Below, piece after piece: positions 36,998 through 47,513 of a stretch of DNA of 64,000 bases (the stretch's first letter is position 1; each line of letters opens with the position of its first letter). A program made the translations under genes and the position numbers. Where the stretch lies: NCBI GenBank assembly GCA_963675745.2, contig CAXXWX010000010.1, positions 126,563 through 190,562 of the forward strand, given 5' to 3'. Source of the DNA: Phycisphaerae bacterium. Lineage in GTDB: Bacteria > Planctomycetota > Phycisphaerae > UBA1845 > Fen-1342. The notes under the pieces are model-generated. The model did no database searches. It saw nothing but the letters and a program-made list of their open reading frames with translations, and had not been told where the DNA came from.

Positions 36998-39526
36998 GTG
37001 ACCCAGATCAAACACGGACGGAGCACCCGCGCCGCACTGCTCGGGCTGTTTCTGCAACTCTTTGCGGCCGGCGTCGTGCTGGTATTGGCCTACACGACCG
37101 CCGGTTATGAGCGCACCACGACAGACACAACGCCTTATGTCCACGCGCTGCTGCATCTGAGCTGGTATATGCTGGCCGGCGTGCCGATCTGGTTCATCGC
37201 CGTGCTCGTCTTCCGTCAGCGCCAACTGGCCGAACTGGAAACGCTCGACCTCGAGCAGCTCAAGCGAGAAAAGGAAGCCAGCGGGGCCGGTCAGGCGATC
37301 TTCGACGAGGAAGGCCGCGGATTTCGTGTCGCCGAAGCCCGACTGGTCTGGATGCAGAAGTGGCTGATACCGACGTTTGGGCTGTTGGTGGCCATCATTG
37401 CGGTTGGCGGCGGTGCCTGGCTGTGGCGCTCACTTCACGTGGCGCAACTGACGCTGAGACACGACGTCGAGGCACTGCGGGCATGGGGCACGCTCGACAA
37501 CGTTGAAATCGGGATGGTTGTGCTGGGCATCGTGATGTGCTGCACGTTTGCCTATTCACGCTACGCGTCCGGTATGGGCCGAGTGCCGCAGTGGCGACTG
37601 CTGCGCGGGTGCGGGTCGTACCTGCTCGGCAACAGTGTGGCCGCCGGCGCGGCGCTGGTCGTGCTCGGGATCGCCATCTACGCAAAGGACGCCTATTGGC
37701 TGAACGTGTTGGCCTACGTGATCCCGATTGTGATGATCGTTCTCGGCCTCGAAACGTTCATCAACTTCGTGCTGGATGTATATCGGCCGCGGACCCCGGG
37801 TGTGGAGCCGCGCGCGAGCTTCGACAGTCGCCTGCTCGGACTGGTTGCCGAACCGGGCGGCATTGCACACTCGATCACCGAAGCGATCAACTACCAGTTC
37901 GGCTTCGAGGTGTCGCAGACGTGGTTCTACCAGTTGCTGCAACGCGCGGCGGTGCCGCTGCTGATCTTCGGGGGCTTGACGCTATGGCTGCTGACCTGCC
38001 TGGTGGTGGTACAGCCGGACGAGCGCGTGATCGTGGAGCGCTTCGGCAGGCAACTGCGGGCCGAAACGCCGTTGGGCCCGGGGCCGCACCTGAAACTGCC
38101 ATGGCCGATCGATGTCGCGCGCAAGTACAACACGGGTCAACTGCGCGAATTGCACATCGGGTTCAAGATTGTCGACGCCGAACCCGACCACGAGGCCCGC
38201 GCTAACACGGCTCTGCCCGTGCTGTGGACGGACACCAAGCACCTGGGCCAGGAGCACTATGACTTCCTGGTCCCGCTGCCACCGAAAGCCGAGGGTGAGA
38301 CGCCCGCGCCGGAAAGCCAGCCGGCGGAGGACTTGCTGGACGAAGATTCGTCGCAGCGTGAGGAGAGCGCCGCCGTCCCGGTCAACCTGATGCGTATGGA
38401 CGTGGTGGTGCAATACCGGATCCGCCCGAAGGAGCTGCACCTGTACACACGATCGACGAACCGGCCCAAACACATGCTGCGCGATCTGGCCTGGCGCGAG
38501 GTGGTGCGGTTGAACGCCTCGCATCACGTCGATGCGCTGTTGGGCGAGTTGCGCAGCAAACTCGGTCGCCAGGTCAAGAAGAGATTGCAGGACCGGGCGG
38601 ACCACTTCAAGCTCGGCGTCGAAATCGTCTATTGCGGGCTGCACAACATACACCCCGAAAAAACGGTGGCGGAGGCGTTTCGCAACGTGGTCAACGCCGA
38701 GCAGGAGAAGATCGCCTCGATTCGCGAAGCGCTGGTCGGCGAGAACAAGCGGCTCTCGGCGGTCGCCGGCGCCCCGCGACGGGCCAAGCGGCTGGCGCAT
38801 GCGATCAACAAGCTGACCGACAGCGATGTGCGGGTCAATGACGCGTCCCATGCGTTGCGCGACGTGGATCGGGCGGTATGGGAACCCTACGCCCGGATGC
38901 TGGATGAACTCTCGCCGCTGTTTACCGAGGCCGAACGCGCCGGCTGGCGTGCCGACCTGGCGGCGGCGCAACGCGACCAGATCGAGCGTAACTACCAGTT
39001 GAGCATGAGGTACTCACAGGGTGATCGCATCGCGGCCGAGGAACGCCTGGCCAGCGCCGACGCCGAGGCCGAGGCGGCCCAGGCGCGGCTTTCGGAAGCA
39101 CTGGAGCCGCTGCGCGAGCAGATGCGCGCCGCATTGACAGAGCCGCAGAGCAAGGCGCTGATCGACCTGGCCGGAGGGCGCGCCGCACTCGTATTCTGGA
39201 ATGCCGAACTCGAAAGTCAGCTTACTGATTTGCAGGGGGCAGCGGCCGTGCGTCTGGCGGAGGGGCGCGCGATGCGCTGGGGACTCGAACTGTCGGCGGC
39301 CGCCGAGGTCACGCGCCTCGAGCGTGAGCGCGAGGCTTTTCACGCGGCTCCTAATGTCTACAAAACGCGGTTGTGGCTCAGTCAACTGGCCGAACGCATC
39401 GCCACCTCACGCAAACTCTTCATGGCGTTTGACGCGACCGGCCGCGATGTACACTTACGTTATCAGGCCGAGGAACAGGCCCGACCTGATGTGGAGTTCA
39501 TGGAGCCCGAACAGGAAGGGCCGTGA
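36998..39526 (+). CDS. Large HflK-like SPFH protein with an N-terminal multi-TM domain and a helical insertion
   Basis: VIVERFG..LGPGPHLKLPWPID, VQYRI, GVEIV..IHP..VAEAF..V..AEQE. Confidence 0.8.
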   Translation: MTQIKHGRSTRAALLGLFLQLFAAGVVLVLAYTTAGYERTTTDTTPYVHALLHLSWYMLAGVPIWFIAVLVFRQRQLAELETLDLEQLKREKEASGAGQAIFDEEGRGFRVAEARLVWMQKWLIPTFGLLVAIIAVGGGAWLWRSLHVAQLTLRHDVEALRAWGTLDNVEIGMVVLGIVMCCTFAYSRYASGMGRVPQWRLLRGCGSYLLGNSVAAGAALVVLGIAIYAKDAYWLNVLAYVIPIVMIVLGLETFINFVLDVYRPRTPGVEPRASFDSRLLGLVAEPGGIAHSITEAINYQFGFEVSQTWFYQLLQRAAVPLLIFGGLTLWLLTCLVVVQPDERVIVERFGRQLRAETPLGPGPHLKLPWPIDVARKYNTGQLRELHIGFKIVDAEPDHEARANTALPVLWTDTKHLGQEHYDFLVPLPPKAEGETPAPESQPAEDLLDEDSSQREESAAVPVNLMRMDVVVQYRIRPKELHLYTRSTNRPKHMLRDLAWREVVRLNASHHVDALLGELRSKLGRQVKKRLQDRADHFKLGVEIVYCGLHNIHPEKTVAEAFRNVVNAEQEKIASIREALVGENKRLSAVAGAPRRAKRLAHAINKLTDSDVRVNDASHALRDVDRAVWEPYARMLDELSPLFTEAERAGWRADLAAAQRDQIERNYQLSMRYSQGDRIAAEERLASADAEAEAAQARLSEALEPLREQMRAALTEPQSKALIDLAGGRAALVFWNAELESQLTDLQGAAAVRLAEGRAMRWGLELSAAAEVTRLEREREAFHAAPNVYKTRLWLSQLAERIATSRKLFMAFDATGRDVHLRYQAEEQARPDVEFMEPEQEGP

Positions 39527-39578
39527 CGAGTAACCGAGAGCAGATAATCTCCAGGCCATTTCACGCTGAGGAGTCCTG

Positions 39579-40532
39579 ATGAGAAGGTTCCCGCTTCCAA
39601 CTATTCTGGTGGCCTGCGTACTGGTGCTGATCTTCGGCATCTACGCATGCACGTTTCAGGTCCGTTTCTCCGAGGTGGTCGTAAAGGTGTGGCTCGGACA
39701 GGCGGACGACTCGAGCGCTTTCACCAGCGCCGGCCTGAAATTCAAGTGGCCCTACCCCATCGAGCGCGTCGTCAAATACGACCGTCGCCTGCGCACGCTG
39801 GACACGGCCGAAGGCGAGGTCAAGACGCGCGATGGCAAGAACGTGATCTTCGGCGCCTATGCCCTCTGGCAGATCGCCGATCCGCTTCAGTACTATCGCA
39901 GCGCGCCCAATGAGGTCGAAGCCATCAACCAGATGCGCGCACGCCTCAATCAGGTGCGCGCCGCGGTTGTCGGCCGTCGCGAGATGGTGGCGTTCGTCAA
40001 TCTCGACGAGGAGGCCTCGGATCGCGCTTACGACGAGATCGAAAAAGAGATGCTCGACGAGGTGCATGACAGCATTCTCGCGGACTACGGCGTCGAGATC
40101 GTACGGTTTGAGCTGCGCCGCAACACGCTGCCCATGCAGGCCACGCGCACGGTCTTTGACCAGATGCGCAAGGAACGCGAGATCAAGGCGACGCAGTATC
40201 GGCAGGAAGGTATTTCAATCGCCGATGCCATCCGGGCCAAGGCCGAAGCCGACGCTACGCAGATCGAGGTTTTCGCGCGGCGCCGGGCTCAGGAGATTTC
40301 ATCGGCCGGCGTGCAGGCCAGCACGCGGATTCTCGCGCGCATTGAAACCGAGGATCGCGAGTTCTTCGAATGGCTGCGCTGGCTGGAGGCCATGGACAAC
40401 TCGCTGCGCCAGCGCACGACATTCTTCATCGACACGAACTCACCGATGTGGCAGATCTTCAACAATCCCACGGTGCCCAGATCGCTGTCGCCACTCGAAG
40501 ACGAGATGAGGGACGCCGATGTCGACGAATAA
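39579..40532 (+). CDS. HflC-like SPFH protein
   Basis: GLKFKWPYPIERV..YDRR, TRDGKN, WQIADPLQYY, YGVEI and VFDQMRKER. Confidence 0.85.
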   Translation: MRRFPLPTILVACVLVLIFGIYACTFQVRFSEVVVKVWLGQADDSSAFTSAGLKFKWPYPIERVVKYDRRLRTLDTAEGEVKTRDGKNVIFGAYALWQIADPLQYYRSAPNEVEAINQMRARLNQVRAAVVGRREMVAFVNLDEEASDRAYDEIEKEMLDEVHDSILADYGVEIVRFELRRNTLPMQATRTVFDQMRKEREIKATQYRQEGISIADAIRAKAEADATQIEVFARRRAQEISSAGVQASTRILARIETEDREFFEWLRWLEAMDNSLRQRTTFFIDTNSPMWQIFNNPTVPRSLSPLEDEMRDADVDE

Positions 40533-41772
40533 CCTCGATCCCAACATCTCCGGCGGCGGGCCGCAACACCAGCCGGAGATCGACCCGGCCCAGGAGTCGC
40601 TCAATAACGCGATGCGTTCCGCGTTCAGAGTGCTCGGCGTGGTCATGATCGTGTTGGTCCTGCTGTATCTCGGCTCCGGGCTGTTTCAGGTAAACACCGG
40701 GGAGAGCGGGCTCATCGCCCGTTTCGGAGAGCTGCGCGTCAACACCGCCACCGGCACGCGCGTCTTCGAGCAGGGTCTGCACACCGCCCTGCCTGATCCA
40801 TTTGACGAGAAGATCCGCATCCCCGGCGAAGTCCAGAGCCTGGTCATCGACAGCTTCTGCTTTCAGCGCCGCACGGAGGATCTCAACAAGCCGCTGGCTG
40901 ATTCGCGCGGCGGCGAGCGCCTGACCACCGGTGTTGACGGCGCGATGTTGACCGGGGACAAGAACCTCTCGCACGGCCTGTGGACCATCCAGTATCGCGT
41001 AACTGACGCCGAAGGATTGGTCACCAATGTCGGCGACACGGTGGAGGCGGTGCGCCCGATTTTGCAGCGCCTGGGAGAAACGGCCATCTTGCGTACGGTA
41101 TCGAGCAAGATGATCGAGGATGTTCTGCTCAGGCGTCAGACCGAAGTCGCCCTCGAAGTGCAGAAGCGTCTTCAGGACGAGATCAATGCCCTCTCGCTGG
41201 GCGTCGAGATAGTGAAAATCGCGCCTGAGTTAATCGAGCCGCGACCAGTTCGGCAGGCGTTCGTGAATGTTACACTCGCCGAGGGCGAGCGAGAATCACG
41301 GATCAACGAAGCCCACGCCAAGGAAACTGAGATCCTCACAAAAAAGGCCGGGCAGAACTACACCGTTCTGCTCGAACTCATCGGGAAGTTCGGCGAGGCC
41401 CAGGCACTCGGTGCGTCTGATGCTGAACTCGCCGAACTCAGTGCGCGGATCGATGAGGAGCTGGACGGCGCCGGCGGCGAAGTTGCCGTGATGCTGCGTG
41501 AGGCGCGATCCGAGGCCACCGGCACGCGTGAACAGATCAGCCGCGAGTATGAAGAATTCAAGTACTACCTCGAGCAGTATCGCAAACACCCGCGGATCAC
41601 CACGCTGCGCATGTGGGTCAGCCTGCTGCACAGCACGCTCGCCAGCAAGGACAATGAGGTCTTCTTTGTACCATCCGCCGGCGAAATCGAGATCGTCATA
41701 AACCGCGACCCGGTGCTTCAGATTCAGCGCGAGCGCGAGCGGGTGAGTCGTGAAATGGGGGGGCCGCGCTAG
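40519..41772 (+). CDS. HflK-like SPFH protein
   Basis: SGLFQV..GE..RFG, MLTGDKNL, IQYRVTD and PRPVRQAF. Confidence 0.82.
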   Translation: MSTNNLDPNISGGGPQHQPEIDPAQESLNNAMRSAFRVLGVVMIVLVLLYLGSGLFQVNTGESGLIARFGELRVNTATGTRVFEQGLHTALPDPFDEKIRIPGEVQSLVIDSFCFQRRTEDLNKPLADSRGGERLTTGVDGAMLTGDKNLSHGLWTIQYRVTDAEGLVTNVGDTVEAVRPILQRLGETAILRTVSSKMIEDVLLRRQTEVALEVQKRLQDEINALSLGVEIVKIAPELIEPRPVRQAFVNVTLAEGERESRINEAHAKETEILTKKAGQNYTVLLELIGKFGEAQALGASDAELAELSARIDEELDGAGGEVAVMLREARSEATGTREQISREYEEFKYYLEQYRKHPRITTLRMWVSLLHSTLASKDNEVFFVPSAGEIEIVINRDPVLQIQRERERVSREMGGPR

Positions 41773-41823
41773 GGCCACGTTCCACGTGGCGCCACAGCGC
41801 TGATTTGCCATTGAGGATGACTC

Positions 41824-42984
41824 GTGAGTGATCAGGCTGTCATTACCACCGTCGGACTGACCAAGATCTTCCGTGATTTCTGGCAGCGCGCCCGCGTATG
41901 GGCCGTGCGCGATCTTGACCTGGAAGTCCGGTCGGGAGAGGTCTTCGGCCTGCTGGGGCCGAACGGGTCGGGCAAGAGCACGGCGATCAAGATGATCCTG
42001 GGCTTGCTGCACCCCACCCGCGGGCGCGTCACCGTCTTCGGACAGCCGCCCGACGATGTCCGCACCAAGACCCGCATCGGTTATTTGCCGGAAGAGTCGT
42101 ATCTTTACCGATTCCTGAACGCGCGCGAAACACTGGATTACTACGGCACCTTGTTCCAGCTCCCGCGGCGCGAACGACGACGACGCATCGAGGAGCTGCT
42201 CGAGATGGTCGGGCTGCGCTCCGCGGCCCGACGTCCGGTCGGCGAGTACTCCAAGGGCATGGCCCGGCGAATCGGGCTCGCCCAGGCGCTCATCAACGAC
42301 CCCGACCTGCTGATCCTCGACGAGCCCACCAGCGGGCTTGATCCAGTCGGGGCCAAGCTGGTCAAAGACATCATCGTGCGTGTTGGGCAGGTCTATCACA
42401 AGACCATCGTGCTCTCGAGTCACTTGCTTGCCGACGTCGAGGAAGTCTGCGGGCGCGTGGCGATCCTGTTCGGCGGGCGCGTGCAGGTCACCGGCGGGAT
42501 GGAGGACGTGCTCAGCCGTGAAAACATGATGCAGATCACCTGCGAACGCCTCTCGCCGGAAACGGTCGGGCAGATCGAACAGCTCGCGCGCGAGCGTGAC
42601 GGCGTGTCGCTCGACATCTCAACGCCGCGCGATCGCCTCGAAGAGCTCTTTCTGCGCATTGTGCACGAAGCCCATGCGCGGCGGCTGGAAACGTCGGGCA
42701 GCGGCGAGGGCGGAGAGATCGCGAAGTTTCTCGGCGCCCAGGCCGAGCGTCCGGAGGCAGTCATCGCGGCTCTGGTCAAGCCGACGGAGAAACCGATCGA
42801 GGTCGAGCCGGTCACCCCGGCCCCCGTGGCCGATGACGCGGTGCTCGCGGATCTGACGCGCAAGAGCCCCATCGTTGATCCCAAAGATGCGCCGGATGCA
42901 AGCACGCCGCCGCGCGATGACGACGTGGACCGTGACATGCTGTCCGACCTGACCGGTGATAAAGAGGACACTCCCCGCAGATGA
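41824..42984 (+). CDS. ABC transporter ATP-binding protein with an acidic, Pro-rich C-terminal tail
   Basis: GPNGSGKST, YSKGM and LDEPTSGLDP. Confidence 0.92.
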   Translation: MSDQAVITTVGLTKIFRDFWQRARVWAVRDLDLEVRSGEVFGLLGPNGSGKSTAIKMILGLLHPTRGRVTVFGQPPDDVRTKTRIGYLPEESYLYRFLNARETLDYYGTLFQLPRRERRRRIEELLEMVGLRSAARRPVGEYSKGMARRIGLAQALINDPDLLILDEPTSGLDPVGAKLVKDIIVRVGQVYHKTIVLSSHLLADVEEVCGRVAILFGGRVQVTGGMEDVLSRENMMQITCERLSPETVGQIEQLARERDGVSLDISTPRDRLEELFLRIVHEAHARRLETSGSGEGGEIAKFLGAQAERPEAVIAALVKPTEKPIEVEPVTPAPVADDAVLADLTRKSPIVDPKDAPDASTPPRDDDVDRDMLSDLTGDKEDTPRR

Positions 42985-44369
42985 TCAGGACCTGGGCCAT
43001 CGCCAAGCTGGCATTCTGGGACGGCATCCGCATGCGGATTGTCATCGTGTTCCTGCTGGTCCTGGCGTTTCTCGTGCTGCGTCTGCCCTTCGCGCTGACC
43101 GGCGACGGCACGCTGACGGGGCGTCTCCAGAATTTCCTCGATTATGCCCTGGGTGCGGTGGGGACGTTGCTGGCGCTGAGCACCGTCTTGCTCTCGGCCG
43201 CCACGCTTTCCGGCGAGTTCAAGACGAATTCACTGCACATGGTGATCACCAAGCCCGTCGCGCGCTGGCAGATTCTGCTCGGCAAGTGGATCGGCGTGAA
43301 CCTGCTGAACCTGCTGATGCTGATTCTGTGTGGCGTGTCGATTTACGGGTTTGCGCGGCTGATCGTATCGCGCCCCGAAGCGACCAGTATTCCCGATCAC
43401 CAGAAGGTCCACGAGGTGCTCTGGACGGCGCGAAAGTCGGCCAGCGCCACTCGCCCTGATGAAGAGATGGTCAAAGAGGCGGCGGCGCTGGTCCAGCAGC
43501 GCATCGAGCAAGGCGTGACACCATCGCAGGCCGGCTCGACGGAACTCGAAGAGCGTTTTCAGCAGCTTGATGCGATATGGCGCACGATCGGGCCACAAGA
43601 GGACAGGGTCTACCTGTTTGAGAACCTCCCGCCGCCGCGTACGGAAGACGAGTATGTCCAGGTGCGCTTCAGCGTGCGCGCGCGCCCGTTGCCGGTTGAT
43701 GAGATGATCGAGCTGGGGTGGGTGTTCCTGGACCCGGAGACCGGCGCGTGGCTGCATGAGCCGCGGGTGGAGCGCCGCCGTTCGGCGCAGATTCACCAGT
43801 TCCTGGTGCGTTCCGAAGTTATTCGCGGGGGCAAGGCGTCGCTGCTGGTTCGCAATCTGTCGATGCCCGAAAAGCCCTACCGCGTGACATTCGAGCAGAA
43901 CTACCCCCTCCAGATTCTGTATCACGTATCAACGTTTGAACAGAACTACCTCAAGACGCTGGGATTCATCGCGTTGCGCCTCGGGTTCTTGAGTGCGCTG
44001 GGCGTGTTTCTGGGGACGTTCGTGTCGTTTCCCGTTGGCGCCTTTTGTGGGTTGACCTGGCTTCTGGTTTGTCTGGGACGGCCGTTCTGGATGGAGGCCA
44101 TCGGCGCCAACATGACCCGACGCATCGCGGAAATCGACCCATACGGCCCGCTGGGACCGATCGTGCGGCCGATTCTCACGTGGGTCCTGCGCATTCTGTT
44201 CCCGGATTTTGCGGAACTCAGCGGGAACTCCAGGCTGATCGACGGCCTGTACATTGCCAACGACGGCCTGCTGTGGGGCACCGCGCATGTGTTTGTGCTC
44301 GGTGGTTCACTCTTGCTGGTCGGCTGGTTGATTTTCCGTGAGCGCGAAGTGGCCGAGGTGACCGTCTGA
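42981..44369 (+). CDS. ABC-2-type transporter permease with a large extracytoplasmic loop
   Basis: TKPVARWQILLGKWIG and IFREREVA. Confidence 0.85.
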   Translation: MIRTWAIAKLAFWDGIRMRIVIVFLLVLAFLVLRLPFALTGDGTLTGRLQNFLDYALGAVGTLLALSTVLLSAATLSGEFKTNSLHMVITKPVARWQILLGKWIGVNLLNLLMLILCGVSIYGFARLIVSRPEATSIPDHQKVHEVLWTARKSASATRPDEEMVKEAAALVQQRIEQGVTPSQAGSTELEERFQQLDAIWRTIGPQEDRVYLFENLPPPRTEDEYVQVRFSVRARPLPVDEMIELGWVFLDPETGAWLHEPRVERRRSAQIHQFLVRSEVIRGGKASLLVRNLSMPEKPYRVTFEQNYPLQILYHVSTFEQNYLKTLGFIALRLGFLSALGVFLGTFVSFPVGAFCGLTWLLVCLGRPFWMEAIGANMTRRIAEIDPYGPLGPIVRPILTWVLRILFPDFAELSGNSRLIDGLYIANDGLLWGTAHVFVLGGSLLLVGWLIFREREVAEVTV

Positions 44370-44415
44370 TGAAGATGGAGACCGGCGTCGCGTCGCGCTC
44401 GAGCAAAGGTATCTG

Positions 44416-46656
44416 ATGCATCGCCCACGCATCATTCAAGTGATCGCGCTGCTGACGTGTGTGGCGCTGCTGTTCGGCGCCTCGCGCTTGATCGCACCGA
44501 TCAACGAGACCCGCAGCAACCTGAACATACTGGGCAGCAAGTCAGACTTGAAGAACGCGCCGCCCGAATACGCCTTCGCCATTCAGGCGTTCGGCGCGTT
44601 CCGCAGCATCATCGTCAACATCGCCTTCATCCGCGCCGAGGACTACAAGAACCAGGGGCGCTATTACGACGCGATGCAGCTTGCCGAGTGGATTTGCAAC
44701 TTGCAGCCGCATTTCCCAGCCGTCTGGGAGTTTCAGTCCTGGAACATGGCGTGGAACATCTCGGTAACGACCTTCACGCCGCAGGAGCGCTGGCAGTGGG
44801 TGTATAACGGCGTGAAGCTGATCCGCGACCGCGGGCTGGACTACAACCCACGGGCGGTGAATCTGTACAAGCAGGTCGCGTGGATCTTCAACAACAAGAT
44901 GGGCGCCGATGTGGACGAGTTCCACCGGGCTTACAAGCTGAACTGGGCGTGGCGCATGCACCTGCTGCTCGGCCCCCCGGCACCGCCGCCAGCCCACTAC
45001 GACCCCGACGAGCTGATGAAGAAAATCGCGTTCGACCTGCACAGCGATCCGCTGTATCAGGCGGCACGCATTCAGGGCGAACAATTCGAAGAGGCCTGGC
45101 GCAAGCAGGAGCTCGCGCGCGGCCACGAGGTTGCGCCGCGCGATCCGAATGAGCCCGAGAAGACGGCAGAGGATTTCGAGATCGTCATGGACGCCTCGCC
45201 CGCCACGAAGTTGGCTCACGCGGCGGCGATCGAGTTCATCGAGGCCATCGCCGATTCACCCGACACGCTCGCCGAGTTGTACGACCGGGTGCCGGAAACC
45301 GAGAAGATGGTGTCCGAGTTATGGAAACTTGGCGCGCGGATCACTGACGATGAGCTGACCGAAGAGGCGTATGAGCAGTTGGATGGGCTGGCCTTCACCT
45401 TCTTTTCGCGCTATCGCAGGTTGGCCGATCCGACGCTGCGCTCGAAGCTGACCCTCCCTGACGAGAACGCCGACCCGGAAGATCTATCCGAAGATCAGCG
45501 TGCCCAGGCGCGATTCGACGAGATTGTCGGTGTGCGTGAGCGGCGTCCGGCCGGCGTGGCGCTGGTGCGTTTCCTGCAAAAGAAAGTGCTGCGCGAAGTC
45601 TACAACAATGATCCGGCACACCTGGTCCGCCTGGTGCGGCAATTCGGGCCGATGGACTGGCGCCTGGTGGACTCGCAGAGCCTGTACTGGGCGACGCAGG
45701 CCGTGGTGGCCGCCGAGGGGGTCGAGAGCAAATTCGGCAACGACAAAACCAATACGGCGCGCATCATGCTCTTCAGTCTTCAGAACATGGCGCGCCGTAA
45801 CAAGCTCTTCTATGATCCCCACCCCGATCTGTTCAAGGGAAACCTCTCCGACCCGATCTACGAATCGTATCTGAATTACACTCCCGATCCCAGCTTCATC
45901 GAGTCGATGCACCAGGCGTATTTGAAATACGCCCCCGAGTTTGATCCGCAGCGACGCGGCGACGCGGGCGTCGGCAGCCTGTTCAGCGGCGGCCACATCA
46001 ACTTCCTCAAGGAGGGGATTCGCACACTGTGGCTCTCAGGCCGCACGGAGGCGGCGGCCAAGTACTATGAGTATCTGCGACGCGTATATGGTCACCACCC
46101 GGATGGGCGCATCAGAGAGCAATACCTTAAACCGCTGCGGGACTTCGTTGTCGATGACTACCACCAATCAGTTGGGCGCGAGGTGGACGCCAAGCGCATG
46201 ATCGCCGGGCTGATGCGCTGGTCATTCGAGTCGGCGGCGAGCGGCGACCAGGTAAAAGCCGCCAACCTGATCCGCCAGGCCCACGAGGTTCACAAGAGCT
46301 TCAATGAGATGAAGGAGCGCGTCACAATCAAACGCCACCAGCTCCCGCCATTCATGGAGATGTACGCCGACGAGTTTGTGCTCCACATGATGCAGCGTTC
46401 ATTCAATGACCTTTCCACGATCCACAAGTCACGGGTCTGGGCCGCGGCGCCGGTGTTCCTGCAACAACGGGCCTACGACCGCGTGCTGGCATCACTCCAG
46501 ACAGAGTGCGAGGCGTTCGGACTCGATGTGGAAAAGGCCTTCCCGGAGCCGCCGGGCATGGCCGAGTTTCGCGAGCGGAATCCATCCCGTTCACGCGAAT
46601 TGGAAGAGGATGACGATAGCGTCACGCCGGTGCAACCGATCGACCCGGGCGGGTAG
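44416..46656 (+). CDS. Large membrane-anchored helical hypothetical protein, co-operonic with the ABC/SPFH genes
   Basis: N-terminal TM; FGAFRSI..LQPHFPAVWEFQSWNMAWNISV..ERWQWV..G. Confidence 0.75.
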   Translation: MHRPRIIQVIALLTCVALLFGASRLIAPINETRSNLNILGSKSDLKNAPPEYAFAIQAFGAFRSIIVNIAFIRAEDYKNQGRYYDAMQLAEWICNLQPHFPAVWEFQSWNMAWNISVTTFTPQERWQWVYNGVKLIRDRGLDYNPRAVNLYKQVAWIFNNKMGADVDEFHRAYKLNWAWRMHLLLGPPAPPPAHYDPDELMKKIAFDLHSDPLYQAARIQGEQFEEAWRKQELARGHEVAPRDPNEPEKTAEDFEIVMDASPATKLAHAAAIEFIEAIADSPDTLAELYDRVPETEKMVSELWKLGARITDDELTEEAYEQLDGLAFTFFSRYRRLADPTLRSKLTLPDENADPEDLSEDQRAQARFDEIVGVRERRPAGVALVRFLQKKVLREVYNNDPAHLVRLVRQFGPMDWRLVDSQSLYWATQAVVAAEGVESKFGNDKTNTARIMLFSLQNMARRNKLFYDPHPDLFKGNLSDPIYESYLNYTPDPSFIESMHQAYLKYAPEFDPQRRGDAGVGSLFSGGHINFLKEGIRTLWLSGRTEAAAKYYEYLRRVYGHHPDGRIREQYLKPLRDFVVDDYHQSVGREVDAKRMIAGLMRWSFESAASGDQVKAANLIRQAHEVHKSFNEMKERVTIKRHQLPPFMEMYADEFVLHMMQRSFNDLSTIHKSRVWAAAPVFLQQRAYDRVLASLQTECEAFGLDVEKAFPEPPGMAEFRERNPSRSRELEEDDDSVTPVQPIDPGG

Positions 46657-46707
46657 TCCGTCCGGAGCCCTCAAGCAACGCGGTAATTCGGCAACAGGAA
46701 TCGAAAC

Positions 46708-47457
46708 ATGGCCGGACATTCTCACTGGGCAAGAATCAAGCGGGCCAAGGCGGTCACCGACGCGCGGCGCGGCCGCGCCTGGAGCAAGCTCTCCCGCGCG
46801 GTCATCGTTGCCGCGCGCATCGGCGGCGGCGACCCGGACGCCAATCTTCAGTTGCGCTACGCGATCGACGATGCCAAGGCCGCCAATATGCCCAAGGACA
46901 CGATCGCACGCGCCATAAAGAAAGGCACCGGCGAGCTCGGCGGCGAGGAGTTTGTCGAACTGAGCTACGAGGGCTATGGCCCCGGCGGGGCCGCCGTCAT
47001 GTGCGCCGCCCTCACCGATAACCGCAATCGCACCGGTCCGGAGATCAAGAAGATCCTCGAGGCGCGCGGCGGAAATCTCGGCGCCAGCAACTGTGTCGCC
47101 TGGATGTTCACCAAGCGCGGCGTGATTTCCATTCCAGGCACACAGACCGATGAGGACACGCTGACCGGCATCGCCCTCGAAGCCGGCGCCGACGACATTC
47201 AGCGCGAGGGCAGTGACTTCGAGCTGACCTGCGAACCCGCCGTCTTCGACGATTTGCGCAAAGCGCTGGACGAGGCGGGTATCAAACCCGACAGCGCCGA
47301 ACTGTCCATGATTCCGCAATCAACCGTCAAGCTCACCGGCGATGAGGCCGAACGAATGCTGAAGCTCGTCAGCGAGCTTGAAGAGCATGACGACGTACAG
47401 CACGTCTACAGCAACTTCGATATCTCGGACGAGGAGATGGAACGGATTATGGCGTAG
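46708..47457 (+). CDS. yebC: YebC/PmpR family protein
   Basis: MAGHSHWARIK, YEGYGPGG, TDNRNRT and DDVQHVYSN. Confidence 0.96.
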   Translation: MAGHSHWARIKRAKAVTDARRGRAWSKLSRAVIVAARIGGGDPDANLQLRYAIDDAKAANMPKDTIARAIKKGTGELGGEEFVELSYEGYGPGGAAVMCAALTDNRNRTGPEIKKILEARGGNLGASNCVAWMFTKRGVISIPGTQTDEDTLTGIALEAGADDIQREGSDFELTCEPAVFDDLRKALDEAGIKPDSAELSMIPQSTVKLTGDEAERMLKLVSELEEHDDVQHVYSNFDISDEEMERIMA

Positions 47458-47513
47458 CCTGCCGACTTCCACCCACAACGCTCGTTCGACGACAGACCAA
47501 CAGGAGGGAATGC

